In this document: positions 27,474 to 36,138 of the stretch, one piece after another
Layout of the letters: each line of letters opens with the position of its first letter
Numbering within the stretch: position 1 is the first letter of the stretch
From: a virus
Strand: one strand, 5' to 3'
Virus record (IMG/VR): IMGVR_UViG_3300025889_000002
Span: 16,573-80,572 of that record
Length of the DNA stretch: 64,000 nucleotides
Position numbers and translations under genes: made by a program
Notes under the pieces: generated by a model
Told to the model about the DNA's origin: nothing
Database searches by the model: none
Seen by the model: the letters and a program-made list of their open reading frames with translations, nothing else

Positions 27474-28193
27474 ATGTTAGCCATCGACTTTGCAGAGCCC
27501 GAACCATCGGAAGACTTTGCGGACTATCGCGATTCCATGCGCCGTAGCAGCCAAACGTTCCTGACTGCGATCCAGACAGCGAAAGGGACACATTGGCTTT
27601 GTGGCCATCATCGCGGGCCGGATAACACGCATACCATAGCCGGAAAGACGCAATGCAAGAAGTGTCGCCGAAATAAAATTAACAGCGTTCTAAAGGTGAT
27701 TGCGCAGCGCCAAGCTGTAGAGCGCGCCCTTGCTGTTCATGCGGCGGAGATGGAAGAACGTAGGATTGAAAGGCGTAAAGGCGAAAAGCAACGCGAGGCC
27801 GAGCGCTACAGGCGCGAGCGAGAGGAAAAGCGCCGGTTGCGCGATCAGGCCAACCGAAGGGCCAATGAAATACGTGCTGCTATTGTAGAGCGCACGATCA
27901 TACACCCTGCGAATGGCCGCATTCCTTTGCATGATTTAATCCAGGCTGTTGCCACTGCGTTCGGCATTGACCCTGAGGGTGTGCGCAGCAAGGCGAGGGG
28001 TAAGAATTTCCTATATGCCCGATGCGTGCTTGTGAAAATCCTGCAAGAGCGAGGCGCGTCATATCCCGTCATTGGAAGGCTGTTAGGCGGTCGCGATCAT
28101 AGCACCACGATCAACGCCTATCACATGTTCCCGACATATTGCCGGAAAGACCCGCGTGTCGCCAGCACATACGAAAAGTATAAGGACCGCTAA
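27474..28193 (+). CDS. Protein with C-terminal DnaA domain IV-like HTH
   Basis: SYPVIGRLLGGRDHSTTINA. Confidence 0.7.
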   Translation: MLAIDFAEPEPSEDFADYRDSMRRSSQTFLTAIQTAKGTHWLCGHHRGPDNTHTIAGKTQCKKCRRNKINSVLKVIAQRQAVERALAVHAAEMEERRIERRKGEKQREAERYRREREEKRRLRDQANRRANEIRAAIVERTIIHPANGRIPLHDLIQAVATAFGIDPEGVRSKARGKNFLYARCVLVKILQERGASYPVIGRLLGGRDHSTTINAYHMFPTYCRKDPRVASTYEKYKDR

Positions 28194-28531
28194 TGATCCT
28201 GCTACCTTACCCTGCGCCGCCCCTGTGGCCGAACAAGCGCGCCCATTGGGCCAAGAAAGCCCGAGAGACAAAGAAGCATCGTGCATGGGCGCATGGGGCC
28301 GCACTGGCGGCAAAGCCCTCCGCTGACGGGGAGCCCATTCCGGTGCGAATCACGCTTTACCCAAAACCCAAAGGGCCAGCACCGGACAAAGACAACGTTG
28401 TTGCCAGCGCAAAGGCTTATCTCGATGGGATAGCTGAAGCGATGGGAGTCAATGATCGTGCGTTCGCCTCGCCAATTGTTCGCATATCGGGAGAGCGCCT
28501 TAGCCAGATGGGGATTGAAATTGGCAAATAA
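28193..28531 (+). CDS. RusA-like resolvase
   Basis: DKDNVVASAKAYLDGIAEAMGVND. Confidence 0.7.
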   Translation: MILLPYPAPPLWPNKRAHWAKKARETKKHRAWAHGAALAAKPSADGEPIPVRITLYPKPKGPAPDKDNVVASAKAYLDGIAEAMGVNDRAFASPIVRISGERLSQMGIEIGK

Positions 28532-28671
28532 CCCTAAATTATGCGCGCACCATCAAACTCGGCGTCATGGGTTCTTTCACTCTGCCTGTACGAATTGCGG
28601 GGCGCTGTTTGTTGTGGTTCGCAAAGATCAGGTTGACGCTGCTTTTAGGCGCGTATTGTTGGGGAAATGAG

Positions 28672-29277
28672 ATGCAGCCCTACGATCCAGTTTTGACAGT
28701 GATAGCCAACGAGGCCCGCGTGCGTACTCCGCATGTCTTTCACCTGATACACGCCATGAAGGCCGGTAAGTTCCACCAGGCTGCGTTCGCGCAATTCACA
28801 GGGCTAGAGGAACGCCATGTCGAACGGATGCTAGAGGCAATCGAAAAACACGGCGTGGAGATTAAGGCGAAGCGTCAGCAGACGACACGGGGGCACCGCC
28901 TGCCCGATGACTGGACCTTGCCACAGGAATGGCGCGACTGGGCAATCAAGGAACGCAAGTGGGAGCCTTCTGTGGTATTGGAAGAAGCCGCGAACTTTGC
29001 CGATTACTGGCATGGCGTATCCGGCACGAAAGGCACGAAACTGGACTGGCAGGCAACGTGGCGCAATTGGGTTCGCAATTCCCGGCGCGCCACTGGCGAT
29101 TATGTGCCAGTAGAGCAGCGCCAGACAGCGGAGGGCTGGGTAGCGTATTGCGAGCAGCAGCTACAGCGGTGCAAGGAAAAGAACTATCGTCAGGGCATCG
29201 AGGAATGGACTGCGAAGCTGAACGCGGCGCGCGATAAGGTAGCTGCCAATGTTCTGCCATTCCGGCGCGAAGCCTAA
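28672..29277 (+). CDS. Replication-associated protein with DnaT-like DNA-binding domain
   Basis: RLPDDW...FADYW...KLDWQATWRNWVR. Confidence 0.55.
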   Translation: MQPYDPVLTVIANEARVRTPHVFHLIHAMKAGKFHQAAFAQFTGLEERHVERMLEAIEKHGVEIKAKRQQTTRGHRLPDDWTLPQEWRDWAIKERKWEPSVVLEEAANFADYWHGVSGTKGTKLDWQATWRNWVRNSRRATGDYVPVEQRQTAEGWVAYCEQQLQRCKEKNYRQGIEEWTAKLNAARDKVAANVLPFRREA

Positions 29278-29298
29278 ATTATTTTTTCTCCTGTCATT

Positions 29299-29333
29299 TT
29301 CCACTTTACAAGGTGGAATATCCACTACATAAA
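29299..29333 (+). promoter_or_regulatory. Cassette-1 promoter/operator
   Basis: TTTACA-17-CATAAA with TCCACT/GTGGAA boxes. Confidence 0.6.
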
Positions 29334-30116
29334 GGGGACATAGACAAGGAGATACGAAATGACGGTTCAGTTTCAGATCAACGGCCAGACCCGCATCGGC
29401 AAAGTCATTGCGCGTGGGTATGGGAAAGTTGATTCGCCAGAGTCGTTTGAGGTTGAAGTCAACAAATACGGCTTCACCAAGTGGATCCCCGTCAAGGACT
29501 GCAAGGTCATCTAATGGATAGGGAATTCTGGGCCGCTCCCATTGGTGACAACCGATTGAGCGGCCTGCTCTCCGAACTTTGGGAGGCAATCGAGGACTGC
29601 GACGATCCCGACCGCCTTTATCGATTTCATCGCCGCTTAACGATGGGAATTGTGAACCATGCCAAACGCCGAGAAAATGAACTGCGAGACGTGTAGGGGT
29701 TGGGGTGTCAACGATATGACAGGACAAACTTGTCAGCACTGCAATGGAAAAGGAACTATTGAGCAATCCTCAAAGGTTGCCGTTGCTTCGTCACACTGGC
29801 GCAGCGGCAAAAGCCTTGATAGCCTCGGAGCCGATGGGCAGGAGGTCGCAACTGTCAATAATTCCTTGACGGTTCAAGTGCAAGACCGCCTTGAAGGCTT
29901 GCGGGAGTGGGTAGACGATAACTGCCCCGAAGGCGTGGCTGGTATTCCCGACGATGTGCGCTGGCTCTTGTCCTATGCCGAATCTGTAGCAGCCGCAGAT
30001 CTGAAACAACGCCTAAGCGATGCGGTCACGCTGCTTTATACGCATGGCGTGATTACCGAAAAGATGCGCGCCCATGCTCGGCGCAACCTGTAAGCAATCG
30101 TTACAAGTTGGAAACT

Positions 30117-30269
30117 ATGACCGATTGGCGTGAACACCTAACCCCCGAAGAGGCCAAGCGCCTCGACGATATCGAAACGGAAAAGCTGACCCTGCGCCGT
30201 GAACATCGCCGCATCTTTGATCGTGCGCGCAAGCGAGCAGTAAGGGGCTTGCAATCCAAATCAGGATAG
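30117..30269 (+). CDS. 50-aa basic protein (DWR...RRIFDRARKR), paralog 1
   Basis: Paralog at 31432-31596. Confidence 0.7.
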   Translation: MTDWREHLTPEEAKRLDDIETEKLTLRREHRRIFDRARKRAVRGLQSKSG

Positions 30270-30279
30270 CGCATAAAGT

Positions 30280-30745
30280 TTGGGCCGGAACGCTGGTGGA
30301 AGCGCCCGGCCCGATTGCTTTGAACAAGCCCCTTATAGGCCCCGCAATCGGACAATGCAAGGTTCGAATTGGCGCTTGGCCTAATCCACCCAAAAAGCTG
30401 CCTTGATCGACCACGTGCGCCGAGTTTTTCCGGCAAAGTGCAATCGGTCACAACGTGTTGAGTGCCACGTAAAAGCGGCTCCAGGGGTTCTTTTGCCTGT
30501 GACAAGGGATGCCTCGGGTGTTTACCCCCGCACCGCCGATGCGTGAACCGCGCTAAGGCATGGCCGAACCACGTAATGCCGCTCGCAAGAGTGAAATCGA
30601 GGACGACGCTCTAAACGGTCGAGACTATCGCTGGCCACGATCCCGGAAGGGCAAAAGGCAGGTTCGGAATAAACGAGGCTAAAGGTTCAGGTGATCCGTC
30701 GCTATCGGTAAGGTAGCACCTCGACGGGGGTATGGGCTATGTCCA
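30280..30745 (+). ncRNA. Candidate large structured non-coding RNA or origin region
   Basis: Longest gap without a credible gene; many nested helices, GCAA tetraloop, upstream TTGCAA-17-CATAAA. Confidence 0.45.
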
Positions 30746-30983
30746 AAGGAGACGCAGAATGGAAAAGAGACCAGTGCCGGCCCCCGGATACACAAAGATA
30801 AGCGGGCATCGATCACCTCCGAAAAGCATGGGCACAAACCTGTACGTGCAAATACGCGCTGGCCACTGCGACCCTACGCCATGGCCTGTAGCAACCACGC
30901 GGTGGAAATGGCAGAGAGATGAAGCAGGCAACGTGATCGAACACGCGGGCGATGTGGTCGCGATTCGCCGGGCGGAATAATTG

Positions 30984-31016
30984 TCCGCTTGACATAGGTG
31001 GAAATCCGCTTATTGT
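30984..31016 (+). promoter_or_regulatory. Cassette-2 promoter/operator
   Basis: TTGACA-16-TATTGT with TCCGCT/GTGGAA boxes. Confidence 0.6.
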
Positions 31017-31037
31017 GGCGGACAAGGAGAAAAAAAT

Positions 31038-31439
31038 ATGTCTTGGAATCTTTGGGATAAGGAAGCTGAGATTTCCACCATGCTCGGATGCGTGTTCGAT
31101 AAAATCGAAGGTGCGGAAGATGGCTCGGATGAAATCAAGTTCTACGAAAATGGCGTAGAGCGCTTCCGTATGTATCACACACAGGATTGCTGCGAGCATG
31201 TCAGGCTTGAGGATACCGCTGGCGACATAGCGGATCTGATTGGCTCACCTATCCTCGAGGCGGAATGTGTCACAAACAGCGAAGACGATCCGCCTGAATA
31301 TGCCGATAGCTGGACGTGGACGTTCTACAAGCTTGGCACCATCAAGGGCCATGTGACCTTGCGCTGGCTAGGTGAGAGTAACGGATACTACAGCGAAAGC
31401 GTAGATCTTGCGGACATGCAGAAGATCGGCAATGCCTGA
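31038..31439 (+). CDS. Acidic phage hypothetical protein
   Basis: AAGGAG RBS; H.QDCCE and TWTFYKL...WLGESNGYYSE motifs. Confidence 0.75.
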   Translation: MSWNLWDKEAEISTMLGCVFDKIEGAEDGSDEIKFYENGVERFRMYHTQDCCEHVRLEDTAGDIADLIGSPILEAECVTNSEDDPPEYADSWTWTFYKLGTIKGHVTLRWLGESNGYYSESVDLADMQKIGNA

Positions 31440-31596
31440 TTGGCGCGACACATTGACCGAAGATGAGGCGCAAAGGCTGGAAGAGATACCAGCCGAACGG
31501 TATGCGCTTTCGGCGGAATATCGCAGGATATTTGATCGGGCTCGCAAGCGGGCAGATCGCGGCAGAGTACGCAAGCACAGGGCGGAGAAGCAGTGA
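31432..31596 (+). CDS. Basic protein (DWR...RRIFDRARKR), paralog 2
   Basis: Paralog of 30117-30269. Confidence 0.7.
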   Translation: MPDWRDTLTEDEAQRLEEIPAERYALSAEYRRIFDRARKRADRGRVRKHRAEKQ

Positions 31597-31598
31597 TG
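31560..31598 (+). repeat. 39-bp direct repeat, copy 1
   Basis: Identical to 32639-32677. Confidence 0.9.
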
Positions 31599-31974
31599 GA
31601 TGATGAAAAACTATGGACCCTGCGCGGTATATGGTCGCAGATGACCGCCGCTGAGCAAGACGTTGTTTTCATGCTCGCAGACCGCAAGTTCACTAAGTCT
31701 CGCAAGCGCGACCTGATTGCGCGCCTTGAACATCTGATTGAGCAAATCGAATACGTGCAGGAGGGTGGGACATGAGCCTCTACAGCGAACTTTCGTGGGC
31801 CGGCCCTAACTTCTACGGCCAGACGTTCACAGCCCACCACTTCTACCACTGCGCAGCCCGTGACGAGCATATGCGCCTTGAACGCGCCAGAAGGATGGCG
31901 AGAGCGGCAGTCAGGAGTGTTAGGCATGGGTGAGCAATTCAAGCGCGTCGAATAATTTTCGGGATGGTGCATTT

Positions 31975-32008
31975 TCCTCTTTACAAGGCGGAACAATGGC
32001 CCTAGAAC
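31975..32008 (+). promoter_or_regulatory. Cassette-3 promoter/operator
   Basis: TTTACA-17-TAGAAC; TTTACAAGGYGGAA shared with cassette 1. Confidence 0.55.
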
Positions 32009-32459
32009 GGACTTAACGAAACGGGGCACTGCCCCACCAGACAAGGGAAATTGAAAATGACTTACGGATGGACCACTACGAAGAACGAAGCAGGCTTCAC
32101 TTGGGCCGTTACCGCAACCGAATGGAGTGAAGAACTCGGTCGCGGTGTTAGCAAAGTTCTCAAGTCTGGCACAGTCGCAACCCGTGCCAAGGCAGCAGGC
32201 GCCGCAAAGCGTTGGGTTCTCTTTTTTCGTCGCGGGGGCTCGATCTGATGGCCACCTACAAGAACCCTTGGCACAAAGATGGGCGCCCAGAGTATGGGCC
32301 GCTTGATTATGTGACAGACGTAGAGCCCAAAGAATACCGCGGGTATTTGATATATAATCGCAATCCAGTCGTCTGGGATGTGGTAAAAGACGGCGTGTGC
32401 GTAACGCAACTTGCAGGTTCTCGTGGCGCTCGTGACGCAATCGACAGGATTTTAAGGAA

Positions 32460-32675
32460 ATGACTCCCACAGAGTTCAAAGCAATCCGAAACGGTGCAGG
32501 GTATTCTCAAAATGCCCTCGCTGACCTCCTGCGCATATCTGATGGCAGAACCGTGCGCAGATGGGAGGATGGGTCCAGACCCGTCACAGGGCCTATTTCG
32601 ATCCTCATGGAGGGCTTGAGGGATGGCTGGTTCCATGACGGCAGAGTACGCAAGCACAGGGCGGAGAAGCAGTGA
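32460..32675 (+). CDS. XRE-type HTH regulator
   Basis: MTPTEFKAIR..GYSQNALADLL....RTVRRWEDG. Confidence 0.85.
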   Translation: MTPTEFKAIRNGAGYSQNALADLLRISDGRTVRRWEDGSRPVTGPISILMEGLRDGWFHDGRVRKHRAEKQ

Positions 32676-32677
32676 TG
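32639..32677 (+). repeat. 39-bp direct repeat, copy 2
   Basis: Identical to 31560-31598. Confidence 0.9.
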
Positions 32678-34217
32678 AGCAAGTCACCATTAGAGCACCT
32701 TCTTTCAGAGTTTACCGAATGGCCCGACAGCGAGCTTGTCCAGCTTTGTCTCGCACCGCCTCCCGGAGAGCACAAGGGCGGACCCGTTGTAGCTGCAACA
32801 CTTGGCCAACTTCGCAGGAGCGTCTTGAAGGAGCAGCCCAGCATTGGAACTCACCCATGACTAAAACAATCGACCAAGAGGTGATCCAGGCGGATCGTGA
32901 GTTGGTTGATTGCATCATGTGCGATGATCCAGCCGCGCCTGACTTTGAGTACGCATACCGCGAGGTTGCAGCCCACCGCATGACAGAGCGCGCGGCAATC
33001 GTGGCGTGGTTGATAAGGCAGGCGGTCTATTACACCGAGATAGACGAAGGTTATCACGCTAACGCCGTTTCAGATGCCGCAGACGCTATCGAACGCGGCG
33101 GCCACATGGAGACAATCAAGCGCGTTCGAGCAGAAGGGGCGCAGGGATGAGTGGCCTAATCTTGGGGAGTGGTATTGGAACGCGCGTCGTGGTTCGCGCG
33201 TCATAGGCTACAAACCCAAAGCCACCACCGAAGCAAAGCCCGACGACACCCGCCTCATGGCAATCATCGAACGCATAGCCTCTAACGGCGTAGCATCCAT
33301 AACCGATGTCAGGGAGTGTGAGGCAATCGTGGCAGAGCGGAGGCCGGTTGATCCGTTGGTTGAGAGCGTAGCGGAACTGGTTCACGATGCCATGATGTGG
33401 GGCGTTGGATGCGGCGGGGAGCCTAGTAATTGGGCAGGCAAGAAAAGTCTCGGTGAGGAAATGGCGCGCGAATACGCCAAGGAAATTATCAAGAAACTCA
33501 AGATCGTAGAGGCATAACAATGACCGAGATAGACTGGAACGCACCGCTTGAGGCCGTGCATGATGATGGCAGGGTTGTTAGTGTAACTAAAAGTCGCGGT
33601 TGGGAGTGTGCCGATGCCGATGGTGAGTATCGTTTAGACGGAATCCCTGAAAGCATGTATGCTCCGTATTTCAGCAGTACCGGGCGCGGTGACGATCCTT
33701 CGTGGCAAATCCGCAACCGCACCACAAAGCCCGCCAATGCGCCTTCGCCGGAGTTCATGCAGTCGGTAAAGGCATTGGCCAAAGGTGCGCTAATGCAGTG
33801 GTCGAGCGGAGTGTATCACGATCACGCAAAAGCCATCCTCGCAGAACTAGAGCCTAAGCCCGATGCTTTGGATGAAGAGTTCGATAAGTGGATTGAAGGC
33901 TACTGCGGCAAGTTCGATCCAGAAGAAACAAACATACGCTTTACGGCAAACGAAATGCGTAAAGCATTCAAGGGCGGTTCCGCAATCAAGCGCGTTAGAG
34001 CGGAGAAGGGGTGATGGGTGACTATGAAGCCGTACCGTGCCAGAGACCTGCGGGCCTTAGCGATAGCGATGTTATCATAACCCACGAATACACGCGAGGA
34101 TGGGGAAGCTGTTGCTACAAGCGCAAGGTGGCCGACATTGATTGGTCTTTGGTGTTTGGCATTCATCGCGCACCCATAACCCAAACCCCACTTGCCCACA
34201 AAGGCAATACAGGCTAG
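32672..34217 (+). other. Cluster of small hypothetical genes
   Basis: Chained ORFs 32672, 32857, 33520, 34011 with shared terminal motifs. Confidence 0.55.
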
Positions 34218-34279
34218 ATAGGGCAGTATGGCTTCGACCCCTAAAATCCTGCACATGATTTTTTTCAAAGGAAATCAAG

Positions 34280-34585
34280 ATGGCGCACGGGGGTAAGCGT
34301 CCCGGTGCCGGTAGGCCTAAAGGGGCTAAGGACAAGCTGACACGCGAAGCGGGTGCTAGCCTTGCTGAGATAGCGCGGGAACACACGGAATCCGCCATAG
34401 AGACACTTGTGCAGATTGCGGTTTCTGGTGAGAGCGAGGCTGCTAGGGTGAGTGCAGCAAACGCGCTGCTTGATCGTGGTTACGGTAGGGCTCCACAGTC
34501 AATCGAACACACGGGCGAGGTCGCATTCAGCAAAGCCACTGAACTGTCAGACGACGAACTGGCAAAGCTGGCAACCGGGCGGTGA
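34280..34585 (+). CDS. terS: Terminase small subunit
   Basis: GGKRPGAGRPKG, LLDRGYGR; overlaps terL. Confidence 0.75.
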   Translation: MAHGGKRPGAGRPKGAKDKLTREAGASLAEIAREHTESAIETLVQIAVSGESEAARVSAANALLDRGYGRAPQSIEHTGEVAFSKATELSDDELAKLATGR

Positions 34586-36132
34586 CGATAACTCAGCAGG
34601 AGGCTGCAACGGAACTCCTGCGCCGCCGCCGCGCCAGATCCAGCCTTGTTGATTATGCCCGCTATATCGATGTTCCCGGCGCACCTGTCACTGAAGACGA
34701 TCCCGACTGCGAGACATTCAAACCGGTCGAAACTGTTCTAGCCGAGCATCACGAAATCATCCTGAACGCCACACAGCGGTGCATAGAGCGCCACCGTGGG
34801 CGAACGATGCTGTTCCTGCCCCCTGGTAGTGCGAAGTCGACATACGCAACGGTCGTGTCATCAACATGGGCGCTGGGTAGGCAAGAGGGGTACAAGGTTA
34901 TCAATGTCAGCTATGCCAGCGACATAGCTAAGAAGTTTGGCCGCCGAATGAGGGCGATAACCAAGCAGAAGAAGTTCGAAAATCTATTCTCCACCAGTTT
35001 ATCGAAAGAGAGTAGCGCCGCTGATGAGTGGGCCTTGTTGAATGAATCTGAATTCATGGCTGGCGGCATTCTTTCTGGCATAACCGGGAACCGTGCAGAT
35101 TTCGTATGTATTGACGATCCCATTCGCGGGCGACGTGACGCGGATTCGGAAACAATTCGGAAGAACACCCGCGATGCATACGATGATGATGTTCTAACCC
35201 GCTTGAAGCCCGGTGGGAGCGTGATGATTACGCAAACGCGCTGGCATGAAATGGACCTTGCTGGCTCTATCCTGCCTGAAGGATGGAATGGCGAAAGCGG
35301 CATGATTGAGTGCCGTGATGGCGAGACGTGGGAAGTTATCTGCATTCCTGCCAAGGCTGAGCGTCACGACGACATGCTTGGGCGTTTGCCGGGTGAGTAT
35401 ATCTGGCCAGAATGGTTCGGTCCTGAGCATTGGGCTCCGTTCGAGCGGATGCCCCGTACATGGAATGCCCTCTACCAACAGCGACCAGCCCCCGACACAG
35501 GCGACTACTTCAAGCGCGAATGGATTATCGAGGAAGATGCTGTTCCACCTCTCCAGACCATGCAGATATTCGGTGCATCCGATTATGCCGTGACCGCAAA
35601 CGGCGGCGATTACACGGTGCATGTCGTCATGGGGATAGATCACACGGGCCGCTTGTGGCTGCTTGACCTATGGCGGCAACAGGCATCGTCCGATGTATGG
35701 GTGGATAGCCTGTGTGCGTTGGTGAAGCAGTGGAAGCCGATAGGATGGGCAGAGGAAACCGGGCAGATCAAGTCGGGCGTTGGCCCGTTCCTGGTGAAGC
35801 GGATGCTTGAGACTGAGGCTTACGTGGCCCGCGAGCAGTTCCCGACACGCGGCGACAAAGCGGTGCGAGCCCAGTCCATTCGTGGGCGCATGGCAATGCA
35901 GGGGCTGCACGTTCCCCGTGGTGCGCCATGGTTGCCAACACTCATTTCCGAGATGATGTCTTTCCCCGTCGGCAGTCACGACGATCAGGTCGATGCGCTG
36001 GGTTTGGCAGGACAGTTGATTGCGAAGATGGATTTCGGTAAGACACCTGAAGACGAGAAACCTAAACCGGGGGCACCGCCGCGCGTCGTGGCGGATGGTG
36101 TTATCGCCCCGCCATTGAGGATGAGGCGGTAA
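34582..36132 (+). CDS. terL: Terminase large subunit
   Basis: PPGSAKS, IDDP, QTRWHEMDL, HDDQVDAL. Confidence 0.95.
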   Translation: MTITQQEAATELLRRRRARSSLVDYARYIDVPGAPVTEDDPDCETFKPVETVLAEHHEIILNATQRCIERHRGRTMLFLPPGSAKSTYATVVSSTWALGRQEGYKVINVSYASDIAKKFGRRMRAITKQKKFENLFSTSLSKESSAADEWALLNESEFMAGGILSGITGNRADFVCIDDPIRGRRDADSETIRKNTRDAYDDDVLTRLKPGGSVMITQTRWHEMDLAGSILPEGWNGESGMIECRDGETWEVICIPAKAERHDDMLGRLPGEYIWPEWFGPEHWAPFERMPRTWNALYQQRPAPDTGDYFKREWIIEEDAVPPLQTMQIFGASDYAVTANGGDYTVHVVMGIDHTGRLWLLDLWRQQASSDVWVDSLCALVKQWKPIGWAEETGQIKSGVGPFLVKRMLETEAYVAREQFPTRGDKAVRAQSIRGRMAMQGLHVPRGAPWLPTLISEMMSFPVGSHDDQVDALGLAGQLIAKMDFGKTPEDEKPKPGAPPRVVADGVIAPPLRMRR

Positions 36133-36138
36133 GGCATA

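Noticed and set aside
31388-32479. 363-aa minus-strand ORF
   Set aside because: Overlaps several better-supported plus-strand genes and promoters; no motifs.
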